The notes below the pieces were generated by a model. That model made no database searches and was not told the origin of the DNA. It saw nothing but the letters and a program-made list of their open reading frames with translations. Below, piece after piece: positions 1 through 12,700 of a stretch of DNA of 64,000 nt. A program made the position numbers and the translations under genes. Positions within the stretch are counted from its first letter, which is position 1. The number at the start of each line of letters is the position of its first letter. Source of the stretch: Paramecium tetraurelia (Eukaryota); NCBI GenBank assembly GCA_000165425.1, contig CT868230.1, positions 186,001 through 250,000 of the forward strand. Reading direction: 5' to 3'.

Positions 1-27
1 AATGATTTTGGGACTCAAATATATTGG

Positions 28-177
28 NNNNNNNNNNNNNNNNNNNNNNNNNNNNNNNNNNNNNNNNNNNNNNNNNNNNNNNNNNNNNNNNNNNNNNNNN
101 NNNNNNNNNNNNNNNNNNNNNNNNNNNNNNNNNNNNNNNNNNNNNNNNNNNNNNNNNNNNNNNNNNNNNNNNNNNNN
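28..177. other. Assembly gap (150 N)
   Basis: Run of N. The 10-mer AATATATTGG occurs on both sides (18-27 and 178-187). Confidence 0.99.
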
Positions 178-408
178 AATATATTGGAACAAATAAAGCA
201 AGACTATTTTTGTCATCACATAATACATTTATTTTGATTGTGAAGAAACTTATATAATAATATGAACTTTTACTTTAAATATAAAATTTCATTATCAATT
301 AAACATAAATTTATGAAGATTTCTTAAATTCACTAATACGGCTATATCTTGAAATTAATATTAAAGTAAAATATTTTATACTGATTATTTTGAATATTTT
401 ATCATTAC

Positions 409-2346
409 TCAATCAGATTGGATATTTTTTTGAACTTCTGCTTCATCATTTGATTCAACTTATTCATCGATTAAGATTTCATCTAAAATTTTTAAAGAAT
501 TAGACCTATGAGTTTTTAAATTTTTATGTTCTCTGGGGATATATCAAGTACTGAGTGTAAGAGATCAATGGCTTCTTAATATTTTTTCAAATGAGATAGG
601 GTAATGGCTATAAAATTATATTTTTATAACCTTTAAAGGATGCAATCCAAAAATTATACGGATCCCTAGATAAAGCTGCACTAAAAGTTAGTAAAGCTTC
701 ATCATATTTTTTCTCATTCATTAAAATAAAGCCTTTAATCCAAAATAGAAATATCAATTGTGGAAATCTTATCAACAAATAGTCCATGTATTTAATTTGT
801 TAGTCGGAATCTAATTAAGCTAAGTCCTAAGTAAGAGTGTTTTGATACTTAGAATCTTTCAAATGTTATACGAATGTTATCAGGATTAAATACTAATATT
901 GATTCTAATAGCTCTAGAGATTAATCATTTTTGTTTTCATTTTTTAAAAACCTCACTAAAAATAAGCTCAAATACACCTTTTAAATGTTTAATCATCCAT
1001 GATGTTGGGTCGATTTCTATAAGCTTCTCTTAAATCTTTTATGCTTCTTCAATATTGTTATCCTTTATTAAAGATATTCCTTAAAAATAAATGGATTTAA
1101 TGCCTTTTAAGTACAATGCAAAAATATTCTATGGAAATTATTATATCATTTATTCAACTTCATTAGTGTCTTAGTGGAAATCACAGAACTCTCTTATAGT
1201 AAAAGTTGATATTGATGTATTCAACAAAAAGATGTCAAATTTTTGAGGAGAATTTTCTAAAATTTAATCAAGGATCTATTTAGCTTCTTCAGGATGTAAG
1301 GTTAGAAGTAACAAATTGCCTAAATTATAATATATTATACTTTTAGCTAGCAGAGTATAATTATTATCGGAATTAATTTTGACTACTTCTTCGAAACACT
1401 CTTTAGCTTCTGTAAAATTCCACAATTATAGTAAACAATAACCTGATAAAAGTTTTACAAATTACCCTTATAATAAATTGATGCAAAATCAGATTTATCC
1501 AAAAGTATGGCTTTATTATATACCTTAATTGCTGTATTAAATTAATGCAAATATCATAAACATTCTCCTAAAAATTAAATTGTTTTTAACCTTGTTTGAT
1601 ATATGCTTGAGCATTGTTGTTATTTATGAATTAAACTTTTTAATAACACTCTGATGCTTATTTAAATTATTGAATAGCTCTTAAACACTCGCCTGAAATT
1701 TAATTAGAATTTTACCTTTTCCGAATAAAGCTTATTCATTTTCTACATTCATATTTAAACATTCATCGTAGTATTCAATTGCCTTTCTGTATTATTATTA
1801 TTCAAATAAATAGCTACCTATTTTGTTATTCATTAACTCTTACCAATTTTTACTAAGATCTCTTCATCTTTCTAAATGAATAAGTTTAACTAAAAATTTT
1901 GATATGTATCTTCAATGGTTTTTCTTAATTTGTAAAGTGTTTGATCAATTGATTATTACATTGTTGATTTTACTCTTTCAAATAAGAATAAGTTTGCTAT
2001 TGTTTCTTAAATTTCATTTAAGTTCATATTGTTCATCACAGCCTCTAACCCAAAAACTTGATATTATAACCCTATTATCAATGTGTTGAATGACTCCTTT
2101 GCTAGGTCAAATTCATTTTTTGTGGCTGTAATAACTTCTTTAATTTTGCTTAGCTATTAATTAATGAAAATGTTAGCATCTTCCAATTTTTAAACAGCAT
2201 CCATATGCTCTATATGCTATTTCTATTTCAAACAATCCAAACAAAATATTCTATTTTAATTGCATTCTTATTTAAAGCAGCAGAATATGACGCTTTCATT
2301 AGGATGTAATTTACAATGTTAATTGCTTTTTTATTACTAAATCATT
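409..2346 (-). CDS. TPR-repeat protein with N-terminal Cys/His zinc-binding (B-box-like) domain; multi-exon
   Basis: Starts MIQQQKSNQHCKLHPNESVIFCCFKQECNQNRIFCLDCLKQKQHIEH. TPR exons of 102 nt at 978-1079, 1341-1442, 1466-1567, 1591-1692 and 1716-1817. Ends ...KNIQSD-TGA. Confidence 0.85.
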
Positions 2347-3054
2347 ATTAAATACAAAATTTTATAAATAAAGTAAATAAAATATACGTAAAAGTGTTCT
2401 TTCAAACGTGAAATATTCAATAATTATTATAAGAAGATACATAATTAATATAATTCTATAATATAAAATTTACTCTGCCATTGGTTATTAAATTTGATAA
2501 AATAGCACTTTTCTTAAGAAAAGTTGAATGCCTTAGTTTTAAGATATTAAGAGCAAATTTAAGGAAGGATACGTAATTAGACAATTCAATTTTTATGATA
2601 CTCCAAGCTACTCATTAGGGAAATTTGAGCATTTATCTACATATATATATATTCAATTTTATCAAAAAAACTAAATTTTAAATCGATAATAAAATATCTA
2701 AAATAAGGTGGATAAGTGAATTAGATTCATTTTATCTCGTAAATGGCTTCTTAAAATTTATTTCTTTTGAACTAACAATAACAATTTTAATTGAAATCAT
2801 GGTAAAGCATGATACAAAATTATTAATTAGTTTATTGTTTAATAAAGGCCGATTAATCCATTAATATTGTGATTTTATTCAGGTTAAATCGAATTAGTTA
2901 ATTGCTGTAAACATTTTAATTATTATAATTCTGTTTACTCAATTCTAAAATATATATAAACATGTAAATTAGAGATTATTAATAAATTAATGGATTTTCT
3001 ATTTAATTAAACTTTATGATTATATGATTTGAATAAATATTATAAATTTATTAT

Positions 3055-6000
3055 TCATTTTGATTTTGCAGAATTTGTCTTCTTAAAAACATCTTCACAT
3101 TATTCTACATCAAAATATAATTATTACTTTTTCTAGTTTGAACCCATTCATCATTTGGTTTAATTCTCAAGGCTTTATCAAAGATTGATAATGCTTCTGA
3201 ATATTGTTTTATTTCTTGTAGACATGCACCTAAATTTGTATAAGTCCCATTGCTACACTTTTTAAATAAGAGAAATATAATTATTAGGGTTAATACTCAA
3301 AGCAATATTAAATTATTTCAAAGCTTGGTCATATTGTTTAAACATCCTTAATATTTCACCTAATTATGAGAACTTATTACCCTTACAAGCCAATGAGTTA
3401 ACGTGTTTGGAATCATGCTTTAATGCAAAGTCAACCCATTATTCAGCTAAATTATACTAACCCTAAGCTTTTAAACAATCAGCTATTAATATTCACCATT
3501 TATTTACCTTTACAAAACAAAGCATTTACTGATTTAGAATCATAGGCCAAAATCTTTTCAGCAATTACTATTGATTCTTTACATTTACCCAAAGCTCTTA
3601 AATTATCAGCTAAAAATTAATTACTAAGTTACCTTTATAGTTTAATATACTCATGTTATCTGGATCTTATTCAAGTACCTTTTCAATCCATAGATTCGAT
3701 TCCTCATGTCTTTCTGTTGAATGTAAGAGTTGAGCTTATTAGGTTATAAAGTATTTTATACCTTTTTGTTCAATAACGGTTAGGTTAGTAGGATCAATGG
3801 TTAAATATTTGTCTATGTAGATGAGAGCTTCCGAATGTTGTCCTAATAGTCTTAAACAATTAGCTAACTAATAAAGAGGAATACATTTGCAAAGAATAGT
3901 TTCAGCATGATCTGGGTCTACTTTTAAAACTGCATCAGTCGATTCTAGAGCTTCAGAGAATCGGCCAAGTTTAAATAAGGTATTAGCTAAATGAATGTGA
4001 TTGATTACCTTTTATGAATAAGGTAGGAACATGATTAGGATCAATCTCTAGAACCAAATCAACACAAATAAGAGCCTCTTTATTTTTATTTTACAAATGT
4101 AAGCACTACGCTTTTAATTTATGATAAATTTTAATACTTTTGCAAATCAGAACATCTTTGTTCTAAAAATTAGTTTCTAAAACCTTATCAGCTTACTTAG
4201 ATGCCTCTACATGCTATCCCTTTTACAATAGCACATTCACTAAAAATATAATTTCAAGCATACCTTTACAACTAATGACTTACTCATTATTTGGATCCAG
4301 TGCAAGTACTTTATTGATGTATTCTAATGCCTCATCGTATTGTTTAAGGTTATATAAACATTGTGCTAGAGTTAATTGCTGAAAGATACCTTTACAACTT
4401 AAAATATCTATGTGATTTGGGTTTATCTCCAATACTTTATTACAATATAACAGAGCATCCAAATACCTTTTCAATTGTCTTAAGCAATCAGCTAAAGATA
4501 TTTGAATTTGATTTACCTTTACAACACATGGAATTTAAATTACTTGGATCTAACTCTAAAATCTTGTCAGATAACACAATTGAATTATCAATTTTGCCTA
4601 GCCAATATATGCATTAAACTAAAATATAATATATTAAAAACGTTTGCAATCTAAAGTGTTTATATGCTTTGGCTCTATTACCAAGGCTTTTTCTACTAAT
4701 TCTAGTGCTTACTAATACTACCCCATATTTTTTAACTAATTAGCTATTCAAATGCTTTCAGTTTGTACCTTTCTAACGTAAAATATTAACTGATTTAGGA
4801 TTGGCAACTACAGCTTTCTCTGACCAAATAGCAGCATCCTAATACTAACCAAGTAATCTTAAGCAACTAACTAAACATATTTTATTGAATGATACCTTTG
4901 CAATGTAAAGTTCTGGTATGTTCAGGATTTATAGCTAATACCTTATCAGACCAAACAATTGCATCTTTGTAATTCCCAAGCAATCTTAGATTATCAGCTA
5001 GAATATGATATTAAATTTACAACCTTTGCAATATAATGTATCTAAATGATTAGGGTCTATTTCTAAAACTTAATCAGCCCAATTTATGGCTTCTTGAAAT
5101 TGATCGAGTAAATATAAACTTTGAGCTTTGATATTAAATAAAAACATACTTTTAAATAATAATAATTCTAAATTTTTAGGATCCTTCTCTAACAATTTGT
5201 TTATACAAATTAACGCATCCTTATGATTACCTTCTTATTTTAAACTATTTGCTTAAGGTTAATATTATTTTACCCTTATAAAACAATGCTGTTTGATGAT
5301 TAGAGTCAATACTCAATACTTTATCAGCATAAGTTTCTACCTTTTTATATTTTTTACGCATAAATAAACTCATTGCTTATAATATTTTAACAATACTTTT
5401 AAAAATTAAAGCATTCAGATGCTTGGGATTCTTAGTTAAAATCTTACCAGCTAATTTAATAGCCTCACGATATTTCCCAAGGGAATATAAAATTTCAACT
5501 AAACTTATAGGATTAAAATAATACTTTTACATTCCAAGGCATCAATATCATTAGGATCTTATACCAATACTTTGTCAACAACTTTTTACGCTTCACTTGT
5601 TTTTTTTTGTACAAATAAGATTTTTGCTATATTTTCAAAATTAAATTACCTTTAACACTTAAAAGATTGACTTGGTTTGAATCTTCACTCAAAGTTTTAT
5701 CTATCAATTGAATCGCTTCTTCATACTTCTAGAGACCAAATAAACTTTGAACTTGTAATTAATGATTACTTTTACTTTTACAATATAATATTTTGGAATT
5801 GTTAGGATTTTCAACCAAAGCATTCTCAGCACATTCAAGAGCCTCTTAACATTTACCAACCATAACTAAACCATACACTATTTATATGAATTTAAGTTTA
5901 CATTTACAAAACAAGATATTTATATTTTTGGGATCTTATTTAAGGACTACATCTGCCAATTAAATAGATTTTTGATATTGTCCTAGTTCTCTTAAGCAAT

Positions 6001-7147
6001 TCACTATTAATTACAATTGCTAATTACCTTTATTAATCATAGAATTTAAATGATTAGGGTTTATATGCAACACTTTTTCAATAACATCCAATGCTTCTTT
6101 GTATTTTCCAAGAATACTTAGACAATAAACTAAAATATTAACAGATTCTTACTTTTACAATCTAAAGCTTTTATATGATTAGGTTCTATCTCAAGGACTT
6201 TATCAGCCCAAACTAGGGCTTCGTCATAATTTTCTGTTAACCTTAAACCGTAAGCTAAAAATTGTTAGGTATATACATTTCAGATAAAAGGCTTTAGAAT
6301 TAATTGGATTTAAAACCAATGATTAATTAAACATCTCAATAGCTTCTTTAAACATTTATTTCTCAGTTAACTTCTAACCTATCAAATTGAATATTAGATA
6401 GATACCCTTAACGCAAAGTTCTAATGATTACTGAATATCTTTAAGGTTTGAAACAATTTTTTTTTCCCTCGACTAGCTCTTTTTTTAAGTTGATATGTTA
6501 TTTTTTTGACTTCGTACACTAATATTCTCGTTAGATCTGCTTATCTTATCACTTGATATACTAATTTTATCACTCAATCCACCATCTTTTTACATAGCTT
6601 CTTAATATTTATATTCACTTAATCTACTAATCTTCTCACTTGATTAATTATCTACTTGATTGACCTCCATATTTTTCTCTTCACTTACAATTAACTTATT
6701 TTACAAATTTATTATTTATTGATTAAACATTGATCCATACTCTTAAATTGTTTTAATAGTCTCTTCTTTAAATTCTTTGTATTTCAACATTTAACTGACA
6801 ACTACATTTATTTCTTTTAGACTTAATTTCTCAATTCTCTCCTAGTCTAAAATATATTTTGTTTTTATTCCTTCCTTCAAATTATTAAAATTCTATATAA
6901 TTGCATTTACATCTTGAGATAACTCAATCATTAGACTTTGATAATCAGTCTCAAAATTTTCTATTTATTCAATAAATTAAGGAATATCTATCCAATCTTA
7001 CAAATGAGTTGAATGATGCTTATTTTAAACGCATTTCATGCAAAATAGTCTAAACTCTTTACACTGCTCATTTAGACATACCATTTTAATATTGCTCTTG
7101 TGTTCAGCCAAAGAGCATGGTAATTCTAGACTCTTTTCTTATATCAT
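3055..7147 (-). CDS. Large TPR-repeat protein: N-terminal Cys/His zinc-binding domain, coiled coil, about 26 TPRs; about 27 tiny introns
   Basis: Starts MIQEKSLELPCSLAEHKSNIKMVCLNEQCKEFRLFCMKCVQNKHHSTHL. TPR units such as AQCLYNLKQYDEALEYINKVLALDPNNE. GT..AG introns recur about every 126 nt from 3105 to about 6405. One donor near 3257 is out of register by 1 nt. Confidence 0.9.
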
Positions 7148-9798
7148 TCTTAATTATTATTATTATTCTAAAATAAATTATTTTTAATTACAAATTATAA
7201 CCCTATATACTTATCAATATGACCTCTTGATTAGAAATAGAAAATCAGTATCAATATAACTACTAGAAATTGAATTATGAGAGCCCTTATAATTATTTTA
7301 ATATGAATATTTAGATATGTCAAGTGCGATTAATAATAGTGTTCATTTTTCAATCTACGCCTAAAATATTTAAAAATAATAAAATTTAGATACTGTCATA
7401 GTGTTCGAATTATTTTTTTAATTTCAGGTATTAATATAAATTAACAGAAAAGAGAAATGCACCACTTTAAAATAAAATAATTAGAAAAATGTAAATTTTA
7501 ATTTCTAAATTGCAGCCCTTTAAAATTTTAAAGTAAGATTTCTTTCTCTTCAAATAAATTTATAGTAGCAATGGGATTATTATTCATGCCAAAGACTTTT
7601 AAATCAAAAAATAAAATTTCTTAGAATTATTAACAAATAAACTATCTAAAAATTTTACCCTAAAGACCTTCATCTAAGATAGAACTGAATATATACTTTA
7701 AATGCTAATAACTTAGACAATAGAAATAAAAAATTCTTATTTAAGAATGAGCTAGTTTTACAAGCTACCCTAATTTGTAGACGATTGTTTTCTCTATCTA
7801 ATTTAAGGTAAGTGCTTGGACATATTAGCTGAAAAATATTGGTAAACATTAATAAGTTTTTAATTTAGACATGGAGAGTGTGAAGAGCAAATTATGAAAA
7901 TTAAAAAAATCAACAAATAGGTATATGAATTTATCAAATAATTTTATGTATCTATTTCTATTAAATTTAAGTAATGTATATATGTACGTCAATCAGAGAT
8001 GAGACTCTTATATTTATCTGTATAAAATATGTAAATTTCTTTAATATATTAGAAAAAAGTCAAATTTTAAAGAAAATATAGATCTAAGGAGAAACCTTAT
8101 ATAATAAATAGAGAAGACACGAAAAGATATAAAATGATGTGAAGAGGAGTAATGATTAGATAAATAAATCAATAGAGAATTTGTAAAAGAAAGGCATTTA
8201 AGGAGAAACAAAAATTTCCTAAATTAATAACTTAAATTACTCAAAATAATGAACAATATATTATATAAGGAATCACATTAAAAATTTTTCAAAAAATTTG
8301 AAATAGGATTGTTAGTACTTTGAAAAATGAAACTTATCAAGAAATAAAAACAATAATCCCATAATAGTACAGATCTTTCTCTAAATCATTTTATCTTATT
8401 AACTTTTTTTATTATGTCATTTATAGTTTGTTTTCATTCTCTATCAGATATTGACTATGAAATCGAAAATAGTTATTGGGTTTGTCCTTCTTCAAAGTTG
8501 ATATGATTATTTCAAATTTATCTATTATGCAAGTAGCTAATTATAGAATTAGGAAATTTGGCCTATTTTGATTGGCAATTAATTTTTCAATTAATTACTA
8601 ACCGAACTAATAGAAAACATGAAGTTTAAATAAAATATTCTCCCTATAAGTTACCCAATATATTCTTGAAATAGATTCTGTAACTTTTAAAAAGGTTCTT
8701 TTTTTTTTCCATTCCTTTAAATATATAAATTATTCTTATTTAAATGAAACAGTAATCCATTACTATGACCAAGATCTTTTAAAGTTTCATGTTGTCCTTT
8801 CCTTTTAAGAAAGCTTTTTGTTCATTATGAGAATTCTAACTAGTGAATGCATTTTCATTAAGAAATTTAGTAATTCAACTATAACTCATTTTGCTTTGCT
8901 TAAGGTGACTCTATTTTATAATAATTTGAGTGTTTTCCAAATACAAGTAAATTTTGACCTTTCTTCTAGATGGTGTATTTCGATGATTAATCTTAAACAA
9001 CCCAGCAGGGCTAGATCTATATATTGTTGTATTTTGCATTTCTAAGATTGAGATAATCTTTTCACCAATCTGAATTTGACAAAATCTTTTTGATCTTAAT
9101 GAGCTAATTTTATAATTTACGGGTTGTGTTCATTTTGTGTTATAAGTTTGAAAAATATTTATTAAAAATAATTGTATCAAAAAAGTGTAATCTAAACTGC
9201 TCATATTTTTGGTTAATATTTAGAAATAGCATTTAAACAGGTTATTTTTAAATATTTTCAAAACACAATATTAATTGTTGTTGAAGTAACACTAAAAGCC
9301 ACATTATTTTGAAAACATGGGATTATTTTGTCAAAACACTAAAAGAATCTGCAACAATTCTTAAGTCTGAATTTCAATCCATATTTTTCCCTTCTAAATA
9401 AACTCAGAGAAAATAGAACTGTTTGACTGTATATATAAAATAGGAGAAGTACCTTTATCAAAATATTTGCAATACGAACTTGGGTAATAAACTTATTCCA
9501 TAAATCAATTCTTCAATATTTATTAATCTTGTTTTAAAACATAAGAATCTGTATAGGTTCAATATTTAATGATTCAATCATGGTTTAAATTAATTTAACT
9601 TTCTGATTTATGAAAATTATAAAGATATTGAAGTAGATCTCAAAGAAATAATCAAATTATTCTTGAATGAACTACTCTGATATTCACTAAGTAATTTATA
9701 ATTTAAATTAATTATCAAAGTTTAATTTAACAATAAGGAGAGGAAAAAAATAAAATGATTTAAAATATTTCCCTATATAAATTTAATAATCAATTGGA

Positions 9799-12700
9799 TC
9801 AGAAAACTAGATATCCTAAGATAATAGTTGTGAAACCTAGAATGTAACCTGAGGTATCTGTGTTGTTTGGAGTTGTTGTATTAGGATCTGTAGTGTTATT
9901 ATTATTAGGTTAAACAGCTGTGCATACTCCACATTTATTTGTAGAAGTGCTCCAAGTATATGTATATCCTGAAGTCAAGTAGCATTAATCTTGGGTGAAA
10001 GTAGCAGGGTCCTTTTCTTTACAATCAGCACCATCGACAACACAAATTTGTTAAGATTTTTAATCCCAACTTAAGAAATTAACGCAATTTCCATTATTAC
10101 TTTATTTATATGAAGCGCAGGTATGTGGATCACATTTGCTAGGAACGGTTGTTGTTCCTGATTTTGATTCAGGAGTAAATGAACATCTGTCTTTGGCATT
10201 TGCGCAGGCCTTTGGATCATTTTTAGCTTATGTGCATGATGTCATCAAGGCACATGTACCTTAGTTTTCAGTGGCACCTGTAGCAGTAGATTTAGTGAAG
10301 ACACAAATTCCATCCTTTCCTGCAGAGTTGCAAGCAATTTTATTTTGATATGATGTACTACTGCAATTTGCTTAGTCAATACAGATAGTTCCATTGGAAA
10401 CACATGTGGATAATCCAGCCTGACAGATAGATGTTGATATGCCTCCAGCAATATCTGAACATTGGTATACTCTGCATGCTCCAGCATTGTTATTGGCTGT
10501 AGCATCCCATAAGCATTTACCAGAAGGTCCATCAGATCCATTAGCAGTTGTACAAGCTATTTAAGAAGTATAAGATGCGCAAGTAGAAATTGCTAAACAA
10601 TTAGTTCCATCTGAAGTGCAACCTTTCAATTACCTGTAGCACTAATCATGAGTTATTCCTTTAAGATCCTTACAAACTTCATCTCTGCAAGTACCATTCT
10701 CCCAAGCACATTAACCTGTTGATGTAATCAAATTAGTTGTCTACTCAAGAACTGCACCAACATTGTTTAAGACACATGCTTCTTAAAGACCATAAGTTGA
10801 ACAAGCAGCAAGAGGAGCACAAGATGTTACACCATTAGTTGTGCATTTATTACTTGCTTCTTAACATAATCTGTGAGTCTTATAGAATGCATCAGTGCAT
10901 GAAGTATAAGCTTTACAAATAGCGGAATCAGTTGAATCAAGTGCTGGAACAGTCTTAATGCAAGGACCATCATATCCAACTCTGCATCCCTTTGTATTTG
11001 TTTCTGAACATAAAGTAATAGCCAAACAAGTTGATCCATCTGTAGTACATTAGCCTGAGATCTTTTAACATTCATCATGGTCTGTCCAAATTAGACTCTT
11101 GCATGAAGAATATTGGAAACAACCTCCATTTCCAGAGTTTGCACCAGAAATCCAAAGACATGGTTGATATGTTCCATTATACAATCCTTCAATACAAGCA
11201 GCTCTTACTGTAGCAGCTTCACAAGTTAACTGGGTGGTACATTTACCATTCAAGCCAGCAGTGCATTTAATTTTAGTAGTTGCAGCTTTGCATTCTGCAT
11301 GAGTAGCAAAGGAAAAATCTTAACATCCTTGATCTCTACATTTACCATTGTCCCAGGTACATTTATTAAGGGGTTAGCCTGCAACATTATTACATGCTGA
11401 TTCTGCTGTTGCAGCAGAGCATGTTGATTTAATAACACATCCTCCTCCTTACTTAGTTGTACATTCTTCTTTGTAGGCTATACATTCTGCTTCAGTGTCA
11501 TAATCAGTAGAAACAGGAGCTGTTGCACAAGTTCTTGAAACACAAGTGCTACTGGCTGTCAACCATTAACATTTTCCATTCTAATCATCTTTCACACATC
11601 CTGCAACATTAGTGACAGCTTAACATGAAGTTCTCAATACACATTTAGTACCATTAGTAGTACAACCAGCTTTTGCTTTTTAGCATTCGTCATCTGTAGT
11701 GAATGTGAAATCTTCGCAAATTTCAAGTTTACATTTACTACTTTCATCCAAAGTACATCCTGAGAAATAACTAGCACATCCATCTTTAGTGGTTACATCA
11801 CTTGGAGCAGTTGAACAAGCTTTTGTATAGCATGCACCATCCAAATATTAACATGCATTTCCTCCTTTATCCTTAACACATTATTTTTCAGTCATTCCTT
11901 CACATTTGTCAGGTCTAACAACACAACCCATATTATCTGATGCAACTGTACATGTACCATCATCCAAATATAATTTGCATTCATCATCGCTATCATAACT
12001 TTCTGTATCAGGTGCAGTTTCACATGTCTTAATTCTGCATTTAGCTGTGTCATCCCAAACACAGGTTCTCCCTTCAGAATCAACAAAGCATTGTGCTTAA
12101 CCATAATCAGTACAGTTTCCAACCTTTTAACATCCAGAAGCAGAAACTGTTCCATCTGCGGCTGTCACTATAGCAACTGTGCAATGGTCTGATTTCTTGG
12201 TTCCAGCATTAGCCTTATAGTAATCATAACAACCATTATGGTCAGTGTAGGAACTTCCTGCAGTTGTACAAGCTTTTTCCATGCATTTATTTGAACCATC
12301 TTCCTGTGTTACCATGACACATGGCCATTCAGCTGAGTTTAGGTAACAATTTTTATCATTATAACTGGAACATGTAGCCTATCTGTTTTAACATCCTACT
12401 CCTGTAGATTTAACTGTACATTTCAAGCTAGAAATTCCATTACATAATGCGTGAGTATTGTAAGAATCCTCAATTTTATCACATGAAAGATCTACACATG
12501 TCAAAGCCTTTTTTTCATTCCAGAAACAACTTCCTCCATTTGTGCATTATTCAGAGGATAAATAAGTATTACATGCAGCCTTAGGAATACAACCACCTAC
12601 TTTTGCAACTGTGCAAGTATTTAAATAAGTATTACAATCTGAATGAGTTAATGCTGTAGTAGTTGGTTTAGTATAACAAGTCTTTTTCACACATTATCCT

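Noticed and set aside
1..400. Telomere at the window start
   Set aside because: No C4A2/C3A3 repeats are visible, so the subtelomeric position remains only an inference.
3105..6406. Roughly 126-nt periodicity as a CRISPR array or satellite
   Set aside because: There is no conserved nucleotide repeat. The period is a 102-nt TPR exon plus a ~24-nt spliceosomal intron in a eukaryotic gene.
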